Positions 49,894 to 59,978 of a DNA stretch of 64,000 nt are shown one piece after another. The notes under the pieces are model-generated. The model was not told where the DNA came from. It saw only the letters and a list, made by a program, of their open reading frames with translations, and made no database searches. A program made the position numbers and the translations under genes. The number at the start of each line of letters is the position of its first letter. The stretch's first letter is position 1. The DNA comes from Thermoanaerobaculia bacterium (GTDB lineage Bacteria; Acidobacteriota; Thermoanaerobaculia; Multivoradales; Multivoraceae): the NCBI GenBank assembly GCA_963666565.1, contig OY762911.1:2720001-2784000 (forward strand), in the 5' to 3' direction.

Positions 49894-50916
49894 GTGGCGC
49901 GCATAGCGGTCCTGACCGGAGGCTCGACGCCGGAGAGAACGGTCGCCCTGGCCGGAGCGGCCAAGGTGTCGGCCGCGTTGCGGACCCGCGGCCACGAGGT
50001 CGCCGTGTTCGACACAATCGAACCGGGACCCCTGGACGCGGAACAGGAGCGTCGGCGCCTGGGCCGAGCCGTCGGCGCCCGCCCGCCGTCGCTGGCCGAG
50101 CTGCGCGAACTGGAAGCGCGGGAAGACCTGCCCGCCCTGGTCGCGGGCGAACTCGCCGGCCACGACGCCGTCTTCCTCGTCCTCCACGGCCGCCAGGGCG
50201 AGGGCGGGGAAGTGCAGGAGCTGCTGGAGGCCGCCGGCATCGCCTTCACCGGCAGCGACTCCCGCGGCAGCCGTCTGGCGATGGACAAGGACGAGAGCAA
50301 GCGCCGCTTCCGCGATGCCGGTATCCCGACTCCCGACTGGCTGACCTGGCCGGCCCGTCAGTCCGACATCGAAGAGCTCGGCCTGCCCCTGATCGTCAAG
50401 CCGTCACGGGTCGGCTCGACGGTCGGCCTGACCCTCATGCGGGATCTCGACGGCCTCGACTCGGCGGTCGGCAAGGCCTTGACGTTCGACGACCACGTGA
50501 TCCTGGAGCCGTTCCTGCCCGGGCGGGAGTACACCGTGGGAGTCCTCGAGGACTGCGCACTGGGCGTCGGCGAGATCATCTCGCCGGGCACGATCTTCGA
50601 CTTCCACAGCAAGTACACCCCGGGGCGTGCCCGGGAAGTGTTTCCAGCCGACATCGACGAGGACCTCCGGAAGCGTCTCCGCGAACTTGCCCTCGCCGCC
50701 CACGAGGCGCTGGCCCTCCGCGACTTCTCCCGCGTCGACTTCCGTCTCGACGCCGAGGGCGCCCCTCACTGCCTGGAGGTCAACACCCTGCCGGGCATGA
50801 CGCCCACCAGCCTCCTCCCGCAATCCGCCGCGGTCTTCGGCATCTCCTTCGAAGACCTCTGCGACCGCATGATCCGTCTGGCTCTGGGCCGCAACGCTCC
50901 TGACCTCGCTCCGTGA
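49894..50916 (+). CDS. ddl: D-alanine--D-alanine ligase
   Basis: VLTGGSTPER, LHGRQGEGG, MDK, GSTVG, FDFHSKY, RVDF, EVNTLPGMT. Confidence 0.93.
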   Translation: MARIAVLTGGSTPERTVALAGAAKVSAALRTRGHEVAVFDTIEPGPLDAEQERRRLGRAVGARPPSLAELRELEAREDLPALVAGELAGHDAVFLVLHGRQGEGGEVQELLEAAGIAFTGSDSRGSRLAMDKDESKRRFRDAGIPTPDWLTWPARQSDIEELGLPLIVKPSRVGSTVGLTLMRDLDGLDSAVGKALTFDDHVILEPFLPGREYTVGVLEDCALGVGEIISPGTIFDFHSKYTPGRAREVFPADIDEDLRKRLRELALAAHEALALRDFSRVDFRLDAEGAPHCLEVNTLPGMTPTSLLPQSAAVFGISFEDLCDRMIRLALGRNAPDLAP

Positions 50917-50974
50917 ACCCTCCGCACTCCCGTGCGACTCAGTAGCCGGACCAATCCTCGGACCATCGAGCCAG

Positions 50975-51167
50975 ACGACGACGTCCCGCCCGAGCCGGGC
51001 CGGGGGGCGGGGTCCCGGGGGGTCGGAGGCAAGTGACTCCCGGCGCCCTTCCGGCAACCGACGCCGAGCAGGAACGCAGCCGACAACAGCGAGCCCACCC
51101 CTTCCGTCCTCTGCCTTGAGGGCGAGCGTCCCCCGGGACCCTCCCCCCGGCCCGGATCGGGCGGGTT
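50975..51167 (+). ncRNA. Candidate structured repeat element / ncRNA, copy C (more diverged)
   Basis: ~36-bp stem 50985-51021 / 51130-51165 around a core alignable to copies A and B. Confidence 0.5.
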
Positions 51168-51179
51168 CGCGCCCCGGCG

Positions 51180-52361
51180 CTACGCCGTAGCCGACCGCGG
51201 CCGGTTCACCACCCGGTCGAGCGCGCCGCGCAGGTCGGCGACCAGGTCTTCCCCGTTCTCGATTCCGATCGAGAGCCGCAGGAGCCGGTCGCCGATGCCG
51301 GCCGCGGCCCTTGCCTCCGCCGTCATCGAGGCGTGGGACATGGTGGCCGGGTGGGAGATCAGGCTCTCGACGCCGCCAAGGGACTCGGCGAACGAGAAGC
51401 ACGTCAGGTTCGAGACCAGGTGGGCCACGTCGCCGGCGTCGCCCCGGAGGTCGAAGCTCGCCATGGCGCCGAAGCCGTCCTGCTGGCGCCTGGCGATCTC
51501 GTGGCCGGGATGGTCCGGCAGGCTCGGGTGGTAGACCCGTTCGACGGCCGGATGCTCGCGGAGCATCTCGACGACCGCCAGCGCGTTCTCCTCGTGGCAG
51601 CGCAGGCGGCTGTGCAGGGTGCGCAGCCCGCGCAGCGTCAGGTAGCTGTCGAAGGGAGCGCCGGCCACGCCCATCATGTTCGCCCACTCCTCGAAGAACT
51701 CGTGGAGTTCCGGCGTCGCGGCGACGACGGCGCCGCCGACCACGTCGCTGTGGCCGTTCAGGTACTTCGTCGTCGAGTGGATGACCGCGTCGGCCCCCCG
51801 TTCGATGGGCCGCTGAAACGCCGGCGACATGAACGTGTTGTCGGCCACGACCAGCGCGCCGGCCTGCTTCGCGTGTCGGCAGACGGCTTCCAGATCGGTG
51901 ATGCGAAGCAGCGGGTTGCTCGGCGTCTCGACCAGAACCAGCCTCGGTCCCGAGGCGAGAGCCGTCGCCGCGGCCTGCCGGTCCGTCAGGTCGGCGAACT
52001 CGACCTCCAGCAGGCCGCGCTGCCGGAGGCGGTCGAAGAGGCGGAACGTGCCGCCGTAGCAGTCGTGGGCGGCGACGATCCGGTCGCCGGGGTCGACCAG
52101 TTGGCAGACCAGGGTCACCGCCGCCATGCCGGAAGCGGTGACGACGGCGCCGTGGCCGCCCTCGGCCTCGGCCAGCGCTTCGGCGAGGGCGGATCGCGTC
52201 GGGTTGCCGGAGCGCGTGTAGTCGTACGGCCGCTTGCCGTCCAGGCCGGCGAACGTGAAGTTGGCCGAGAGATGCAGCGGCGGAACGACCGCTCCGTGGT
52301 GTTCGTCGGTAGCGAGCGCCGCGCGGACGGCGCGGGTTGCCGGGTCGTGGTTCTTTGTCAT
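51180..52361 (-). CDS. metB: Cystathionine gamma-synthase
   Basis: YDYTRSGNPTR, DCYGGT, ETPSNP, HSTTKYLNGHSD, AESLGGVESL; SAM riboswitch upstream. Confidence 0.9.
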   Translation of the reverse strand: MTKNHDPATRAVRAALATDEHHGAVVPPLHLSANFTFAGLDGKRPYDYTRSGNPTRSALAEALAEAEGGHGAVVTASGMAAVTLVCQLVDPGDRIVAAHDCYGGTFRLFDRLRQRGLLEVEFADLTDRQAAATALASGPRLVLVETPSNPLLRITDLEAVCRHAKQAGALVVADNTFMSPAFQRPIERGADAVIHSTTKYLNGHSDVVGGAVVAATPELHEFFEEWANMMGVAGAPFDSYLTLRGLRTLHSRLRCHEENALAVVEMLREHPAVERVYHPSLPDHPGHEIARRQQDGFGAMASFDLRGDAGDVAHLVSNLTCFSFAESLGGVESLISHPATMSHASMTAEARAAAGIGDRLLRLSIGIENGEDLVADLRGALDRVVNRPRSATA

Positions 52362-52487
52362 GTGAGTCTCCGGTCGAAAGGAGGTTGGGCGGTCCCGCTT
52401 GCGCGGAACGGGTTCAACGCTCTCCCGAGAAGACTTCTACGGAGAGTGACCGGAGGTGGCGTCGAAACCGCGTTCATGCGGCTCTTG

Positions 52488-52615
52488 ACTCATCTCTCGG
52501 CAAGCCCCGTCCGAGGACGGAACTCCCGTAGGAGTTGGCACCTTCCCCAGGGTTGCGAAGCCCCGGTGGTTGCCCCGGCGTCGACGGGCCTGTCCCTCAG
52601 CCGGTCTCGATGAGT
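52488..52615 (-). promoter_or_regulatory. SAM-I (S-box) riboswitch
   Basis: Minus strand ACUCAUC-GAGA...GAGGGACAGGCCC...GCAACC...GGUGCCAACUCC...GAGA-GAUGAGU matches the SAM-I consensus, in the metB leader. Confidence 0.93.
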
Positions 52616-52807
52616 TGCTCCGGCCACGGGGAACCGCGCCGAAGCGGACGGATCGTAGCAGACGGTCGCGCGCCCGGCGGCGAAGCCGCCGGTGCTATGC
52701 TGATCGGCAGTTCCGTTGACCCTCTCCGGGCGACGCGTGTCGTCCTGGTTCGCTTTTCGGTAACGCCGCATCCCGCCGTCGGGATGGGCATTGAAGGGAG
52801 GTCCCTG

Positions 52808-55800
52808 ATGAGGAAGCTGGCTGGTTGGACTCGGGGGACTGCGGTCGGCGCGGTCGCGATCGTGTTCTGTGCGACGGGCGCCTGGGCGCAGGCGACCGGA
52901 CAGTTGAGCGGCTTCGTCACGGACAACGAAGGCGACGCCCTGCCGGGCGTCAGCGTCACGGTGACGAACGTCGCCACGAACCAGTCCCGGCTGGTGATGA
53001 CGGGACAGGACGGCTACTTCGCGGCGCCGCTGCTGGCGCCGGGCGACTACAACGTCACGGCTGCGCTCGATGGCTTCGTCCAGTTGAGCCGCGAAGGCGT
53101 CCGGGTCACGGCGGCGGAGACCGCGAGGATCGCCATGGCGCTCACGGTCGGCGAGTTCTCGGAGACGATGACGGTCACCGGCGAGACGCCCCTGATCGAG
53201 ACATCGAACGCCACCCTGGGCGTGGTCGTCGACGAGGTGCAGATCGTCCAATTGCCGCTCAACGGCCGGAACTTCACCCAGCTGGGCACTCTCATCCCGG
53301 GCGTGGTCGAGCCGCCCGCCCGTCTCGGCGGCGCGCGCGGCGACGCCGACGCCGCCATTCACGGCTTCGGCGCCGCGACCGCGGGCTTCAGCGTCAACGG
53401 CGTGCGCAACCAGTCGAACAACTTCCTGCTCGACGGCGCCGCCAACAACGACACGTTCAACACCGGCTTCGTCGTGCGGCCGCCTCCGGACGCGATCGAG
53501 GAGTTCAAGATCCTGACCCACTCCTACACCGCGGAGTTCGGCCGCAATGCCGGCTCGATCGTCAACGTGGTGACGAAGTCGGGCGGCAACAGCCTGCAGG
53601 GGAGCATCTGGGAGTTCAACCGCGACGATTCGCTGGAGTCCCGGAACTACTTCTCGCCGCCCGACCAGGAGAAGCCGACGCTCGCGCAGGATCAGTTCGG
53701 CGGGACGATCGGCGGCCCGATGATCACCGACCGGCTGTTCGGCTTCGGCTACTACGAGGGCTTCCGCAACACCCGCGGCACGACCCAGAACATCGCGGTG
53801 ATGTCCGCCGCCGAGCGGATGGGCGACTTCTCGGGCGGCGGCACGATCGTCGACCCGATGACCGGCGAGCCCTTCCCGGGCAACGTGATTCCGTCCGACC
53901 GCCTGAGCCCGATAGCGAGCAGGTTGATCGACGAGTTCATGCCGCTCCCGAACGTGGGCGGCCGCTACATCGCGTCGCCCGACGTGACGGACGACCGCGA
54001 CCAGTTCGGGCTGCGCCTGGACTACCGGATCACGGACTCGCAGAACGTGCTGGCGCGCGCTCTCAGAAGCGCGTCCGACCGCTTCGAGCCGCCGACGGTG
54101 CGGCCGATCGGCAACACGGCGGCGTCCACGCTCGAGGACTACATGCTCTCCCACACGGCCACGTTCGGATCGAACGTCTTCAACCAGGTGCGGTACCTGA
54201 GCAGCGCGATCGACGCGGAGCCGGTGGTCACCAGCGGGCTCACCAACTCCGAGTACGGCATCAACCTGCCGAACATCAACGACCTGGCGGTCGGCCTGCC
54301 GCAGTTCTCGATCTCGGGCTTCCCGAGCATGGGCGACCGCAACCAGCCGTTCGTCAAGCGGGAGAACGAAGTCGAGCAGTTCACGGAGGATCTCACCGTT
54401 CTGCGCGGCCGCCACACGATCAAGGCGGGAATCGACTACCGGAACGAGAAGATGTTCATCGGCTTCATCAACCGGCCGAACGGCGACTTCGTGTTCCGGG
54501 GCACCCACACCGGCAGTGCCGCGGCCGACTTCCTGCTGGGGCTGCCCTCGCTCTTCCGCACCGCGGTGCCGGGCGCCGACTCGATCAACGAGGGCGACGG
54601 CTCGCTGTACGCCGCGTACATCCAGGACGAGTTCCGGATCTCGCCGCGGCTGACGTTGAATCTCGGTCTCCGGTACGAGGTGGCCGAGCCCTTCGAGGAT
54701 ACGGGCGATGCGCTGAACAGCTTCCGGCCGGGTCAGCAGTCGACGCGATTCCCCGACGCGCCCACCGGCCTGGTCTATCCGGGAGATGCGGGAGTGCCGG
54801 CGGGGACCTACGACACGGACTCGAACAACTTCGCGCCGCGGCTCGCGATGGTATGGGACCCCGAAGGCGATGGCCGGTCCAGCCTTCGCCTCGGCTGGGG
54901 CCTGTTCCACGACAGCCTGCCGGGCCAGGGCGACTTCTTCCAGAACTCGGTTCTGGCGCCGCCCTTCAACCCGCTGGTCCAGCTCAACGCGCCGCCCACG
55001 GCGATGACGCTTGCCGATCCGCTCGCCAACCTGACGGGCGGGCCGACCAGGTTCCCGCCGGGGATCATCTTCATCGGCTGGGGCAGCGAGTTCACGACGC
55101 CGAACTACCAGCACTACAACCTGACCTACCAGCGTCAGCTCGGCCAGAACATCGGGCTCGAGGTCGGTTGGGTCGGCTCGCGCGGCCGCAACCTGCCGAT
55201 CTTCATGGAGGTCAACCCGCGGGTCGTCGAGCCCGGCCAGACCACGCTGGGGCCGCGCCTGTACCCGGCCTTCAGCCTCGTGCGGCCGACCTTCACGGTG
55301 GCGAAGTCCTGGTACGACGCGTTCCAGGCCAGCGTCCGCATGCGGCCGACGCGCGGGCTCAACTTCCTCTTCTCGTACACCTACGGCGAGGCGGAAGATC
55401 ACGTCTCCGGCCTCAACATCGGCGGCGAGGAGCGGCCGATCGTTCCGGTCGACCTGGCGCGGTTGAGTTCCATCGACAAGGCGCTCGAGCGGGAGCGCGG
55501 TCCGGCGCTCTTCGATGTGGAGCACAGGCTCGTGCTCAGCTTCGGCTACGACCTGCCTTCGCTCGAAGGGCGGAGCGGGTTCGTGCGCGGGGTGTTCGGC
55601 AACTGGCAGTTGAACGGCATCCTGCAGTACCAGACGGGCTATCCGTTCCCGATCCGGGTTCGCGGCGACGACATCCGCGGCCTGACGTCGCGGCCGGACC
55701 AGGTCTGCGACCCGAACAGCGGCGCGCCGAAGACGGTCGAGCAGTGGTTCAACACGGAGTGCTTCGTGTTTCGGACTCTGGCGGAGACCGCCGAGCGGCG

Positions 55801-56047
55801 CGGCAACGCAGGCCGCAACCCGATTCGCGGTCCGGACTTCGAACGGATCGACCTGTCGCTGATCAAGCACATTCCGCTTGGCGGCGGCGACCGCTCGCTG
55901 CAACTCCGGGTCGAGGCGTTCAATGTCTTCGACCGGGTCAACTTCGCCCAGCCGGGCAACCGGATCGGCGACCGCAACTACGGAGTCATCACGGCGACGA
56001 ACGGCGACGGCCGGATCGTGCAGCTCGGAGTCAAGTACAGCTTCTGA
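52808..56047 (+). CDS. TonB-dependent receptor, Oar-like, with N-terminal carboxypeptidase-regulatory domain
   Basis: LPLNGRNF, NFLLDG, EEFKI, VTKSG.N, NNFAPR, LRVEAFN and terminal QLGVKYSF. Confidence 0.92.
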   Translation: MRKLAGWTRGTAVGAVAIVFCATGAWAQATGQLSGFVTDNEGDALPGVSVTVTNVATNQSRLVMTGQDGYFAAPLLAPGDYNVTAALDGFVQLSREGVRVTAAETARIAMALTVGEFSETMTVTGETPLIETSNATLGVVVDEVQIVQLPLNGRNFTQLGTLIPGVVEPPARLGGARGDADAAIHGFGAATAGFSVNGVRNQSNNFLLDGAANNDTFNTGFVVRPPPDAIEEFKILTHSYTAEFGRNAGSIVNVVTKSGGNSLQGSIWEFNRDDSLESRNYFSPPDQEKPTLAQDQFGGTIGGPMITDRLFGFGYYEGFRNTRGTTQNIAVMSAAERMGDFSGGGTIVDPMTGEPFPGNVIPSDRLSPIASRLIDEFMPLPNVGGRYIASPDVTDDRDQFGLRLDYRITDSQNVLARALRSASDRFEPPTVRPIGNTAASTLEDYMLSHTATFGSNVFNQVRYLSSAIDAEPVVTSGLTNSEYGINLPNINDLAVGLPQFSISGFPSMGDRNQPFVKRENEVEQFTEDLTVLRGRHTIKAGIDYRNEKMFIGFINRPNGDFVFRGTHTGSAAADFLLGLPSLFRTAVPGADSINEGDGSLYAAYIQDEFRISPRLTLNLGLRYEVAEPFEDTGDALNSFRPGQQSTRFPDAPTGLVYPGDAGVPAGTYDTDSNNFAPRLAMVWDPEGDGRSSLRLGWGLFHDSLPGQGDFFQNSVLAPPFNPLVQLNAPPTAMTLADPLANLTGGPTRFPPGIIFIGWGSEFTTPNYQHYNLTYQRQLGQNIGLEVGWVGSRGRNLPIFMEVNPRVVEPGQTTLGPRLYPAFSLVRPTFTVAKSWYDAFQASVRMRPTRGLNFLFSYTYGEAEDHVSGLNIGGEERPIVPVDLARLSSIDKALERERGPALFDVEHRLVLSFGYDLPSLEGRSGFVRGVFGNWQLNGILQYQTGYPFPIRVRGDDIRGLTSRPDQVCDPNSGAPKTVEQWFNTECFVFRTLAETAERRGNAGRNPIRGPDFERIDLSLIKHIPLGGGDRSLQLRVEAFNVFDRVNFAQPGNRIGDRNYGVITATNGDGRIVQLGVKYSF

Positions 56048-56089
56048 CGAGTTGCTGTCGGGCCGGCGGTGGCCGCCGTGAGCTTGGGT

Positions 56090-56374
56090 TCAGTCCGTTC
56101 CGGCTGCCCCTTGCCGGTGCACGAACCAGAGGTTGCGGGAGTAGACGAGGATGCCGAAGCTCTGGCCCAGGATGAAGACCGGATCCTGCCGCCACACGGC
56201 GTAGGTGAAGAGAATCAGGCCGCCGCCCAGGCTCAGGTACCAGAACGCGGTTGGAACGACGCTCTGGCGGTGCCGTTCCGTGGCGATCCACTGGACGAGG
56301 AAGCGGCAGGCGAAGAGGGCCTGTCCGCCAAGCCCGAGGGCTATCCAGAGGTGTTCGGGCGCGATTGCTGGCAT
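56090..56374 (-). CDS. Lipid A biosynthesis N-terminal domain (LAB_N) membrane protein
   Basis: GQALF..RFLVQWIATE, SVVP.AFWYLSL.GG, DPVFILGQ, YSRNL. Confidence 0.88.
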   Translation of the reverse strand: MPAIAPEHLWIALGLGGQALFACRFLVQWIATERHRQSVVPTAFWYLSLGGGLILFTYAVWRQDPVFILGQSFGILVYSRNLWFVHRQGAAGTD

Positions 56375-57093
56375 GGTGGGCTCTCCAGGGCATGGGCGGT
56401 GGTGAGGACGGAGCGGCGGCGATACCAGGAGACGCCGAGCAGGTCGAGGACTCCGCGCAGAAAGCGGCCACGGATGTTGTACTTGCTCGTGCCGTGCTTG
56501 CGGGGCCGGTGTCCGACGGGGATCTCCGCATACGCGCCGCCGTGTCTCAGCGCCAGGACCGGCAGGAAACGGTGAAGCCCGTCGAAGGGCGGCAGGTCGT
56601 CGAGGGCGGCGGTTCGGTAGCCCTTGAGCGCGCAGCCGATGTCGGTGCAGGGGTCGCCGAGGACGAGCCGCCGGACGCGGTTCGAGATGCGGCTCGCAAG
56701 CCGTCGCAAGAGCGTGTCGATGCGTTTCGCGCGAACGCCCGAGACGACGTCGTGGTCGTCGAGCAGGGCGACGATGGCCGGAATGTCGGCGGGTTCGTTC
56801 TGCAAGTCGGCGTCCATGGTGACGACCAGGGGCGCCTGGGCGGCGCGGATCCCGGCCAGCAACGCGGCCGACTGGCCGGAGTGGCGTTCGAGACTCAGAG
56901 CGCGCACGGTGGCGTCGCTTGCCGCCAGGGCGGCGAGTTCCTCGCGGCTGCCGTCCGTGCTGCGGTCGTCGACGAGGATGAACTCGTACCTGAAACCGGC
57001 GGCGGCCATCGCCGCGGCGGTCTCGGCGGCCAGTCGTTCCAGGTTGCCCGCCTCGTTGTACACCGGGGCGACGATCGAAAGCTGCGGCGGCAT
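56341..57093 (-). CDS. GT2 polyprenol-phosphate glycosyltransferase (ArnC/DPM1-like)
   Basis: APVYNE, VDDRSTDGS, GQSAAL, MDADLQN, HRFLP, HRPR.HGTSKY. Confidence 0.9.
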   Translation of the reverse strand: MPPQLSIVAPVYNEAGNLERLAAETAAAMAAAGFRYEFILVDDRSTDGSREELAALAASDATVRALSLERHSGQSAALLAGIRAAQAPLVVTMDADLQNEPADIPAIVALLDDHDVVSGVRAKRIDTLLRRLASRISNRVRRLVLGDPCTDIGCALKGYRTAALDDLPPFDGLHRFLPVLALRHGGAYAEIPVGHRPRKHGTSKYNIRGRFLRGVLDLLGVSWYRRRSVLTTAHALESPPCQQSRPNTSG

Positions 57094-57193
57094 GACGGGC
57101 TGTTCGGTCCTCGGGGCTTGCGCCGTGGAACGCTACGGCGTGAGTCTACGGCGCAAGCTCCCGGGTGAGGACGGCGTTGATACCCTCGCCCCC

Positions 57194-57814
57194 GTGCTGC
57201 TCATCGTGCGCCACGGCGAGACCGCCGCGAATGCCGCCCGGATCGTCCAGGTGCCGGAAACGCCGCTCAACGAGCGCGGGACGGCGCAGGCGGAGCGGCT
57301 GGCGGGCCGGCTGGCAAGGCACCATCGGCAGCGCCCGATCGGCTGTGTCGTCGCCAGCGACCTGCGCCGGGCGGAGATGACGGCGGCGCCGGTGGCCGTG
57401 GCAGTCGGACTGCCCGTGCTCGTCGAGCCGCTGCTCGCCGAGCGCAACTTCGGCGACCTGCGCGGACGGGCCTACGCCGACATCGGCCTCGACATCATGG
57501 CGCCCGGCTACTCGCCTCCGGGCGGTGAGGACTGGGATGCGTTCCACCTCCGGGTGGACGAGGCCTGGGCCAGGATCCGGCAACTGGCGGAGGAGACGGC
57601 GGGCGACAGCGTCTTCGTTACCCACGGCCTGGTCTGCCATTCGCTGGCTCACCGACACCTGCGCCTCGGCGACGGCATCGAGCCGCCGGCCCGTTGGGGC
57701 AACACCTCCGTCACGCAGGTGGAGAGCCGGTCGCCCTGGACGGCGACGCTCGTCAACTGTTGCGAGCACCTCGATGCCGCCACCGCGGACGGCGGCCGGA
57801 TGTCCGGCATCTGA
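57194..57814 (+). CDS. Histidine phosphatase family protein
   Basis: RHGET, SDL.RA..TA, L.ERNFG, VTHG. The start is uncertain (GTG at 57140 or 57194). Confidence 0.85.
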   Translation: MLLIVRHGETAANAARIVQVPETPLNERGTAQAERLAGRLARHHRQRPIGCVVASDLRRAEMTAAPVAVAVGLPVLVEPLLAERNFGDLRGRAYADIGLDIMAPGYSPPGGEDWDAFHLRVDEAWARIRQLAEETAGDSVFVTHGLVCHSLAHRHLRLGDGIEPPARWGNTSVTQVESRSPWTATLVNCCEHLDAATADGGRMSGI

Positions 57815-57956
57815 CCCGGCGCGGGGCCGGCCCGCGCTCTCGGGGCGTGGCGGACGGCTCGGATAAAGTCCGGAAGTCCCCGCGGGTCTGCGGGAAGAAC
57901 CCGGGCGGCGTCCGGGTTGTGAGACTTCAGGGAAACGCCCCTGCGGATCGACCGAG

Positions 57957-59024
<1,068 letters not shown>

Positions 59025-59043
59025 AACCGCGCCAGGGGAGCAG

Positions 59044-59976
59044 ATGTTCTTCGCGAGAAGAGAACGGAGCGAGGCCCCCGAGCAGGAGACGGCGACCCTG
59101 TCGCCCGAACTGCTGGCGCGGATCAAGGCCATCCAGATCCGCACCCAGCGCCTGGTGACCGACGCGCTGGCCGGCGAGTACCACAGCGCCTTCAAGGGAC
59201 GCGGCATGGAGTTCGAGCAGGTGCGCGAGTACGCGCCCGGCGACGACATCCGCCACATCGACTGGAACGTAACGGCGCGCATGTCGAGCCCCTTCGTCAA
59301 GGAGCACCGCGAGGAGCGCGAACTGACGGTGATGCTGATCGTCGACGTGAGTTCCTCGGGCGCGTTCGGCACTTCGGGCAAGCAGAAGCGGGAAGTCGTC
59401 GCCGAACTGGCCGCGGTGCTCGCCTACCTCGCGATCCAGAACAACGACCGAGTGGGGACGATCGTCTTCTCCGACCGGATCGAGCGGTTCATTCCCCCGA
59501 AGAAGGGGCGCGCGCACGTCTGGCGCGTCATCCGGGAAGTGCTGAGCTTCCGGCCGGCGGGGCGCGGCACGGACCTGGACGGCGCGCTCGACTACCTGGG
59601 CCGGGTCGTGCGGCGCCGGTCGGTGGGGTTCGTCATCTCGGACTTCCTGGACACGGGCTTCGCGGAGCGCCTGCGGGTGGCGGCGCGGCGTCACGACCTG
59701 ACGGCCATCCGCGTACTCGACCGGCGGGAGGCCGGCCTGCCACGGATGGGGCTCGTCGAGCTCGAGGACGCGGAGACCGGGCGGACGGCGGTGATCGACA
59801 CGGCGAACCGGCGGGTCTCGGAGAGTTTCGCCCGGCTGGCCCGGGAGGATATGGAGCGCCGCACGGAGCAGTTTCGCCAGGCCGGCGTGGGCGAGATCCG
59901 GGTCTGGGCCGACCGGCCGTGGATCGAGCCCCTGGTGCGGTACATGAGGGCGCGCGAGCAGTCGGTGCGGGTGTAG
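59044..59976 (+). CDS. DUF58 protein
   Basis: GEYHSAFKGRGMEFEQVREY.PGDDIRHIDWNV, VDVSSS, ISDF. Confidence 0.93.
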   Translation: MFFARRERSEAPEQETATLSPELLARIKAIQIRTQRLVTDALAGEYHSAFKGRGMEFEQVREYAPGDDIRHIDWNVTARMSSPFVKEHREERELTVMLIVDVSSSGAFGTSGKQKREVVAELAAVLAYLAIQNNDRVGTIVFSDRIERFIPPKKGRAHVWRVIREVLSFRPAGRGTDLDGALDYLGRVVRRRSVGFVISDFLDTGFAERLRVAARRHDLTAIRVLDRREAGLPRMGLVELEDAETGRTAVIDTANRRVSESFARLAREDMERRTEQFRQAGVGEIRVWADRPWIEPLVRYMRAREQSVRV

Positions 59977-59978
59977 GG

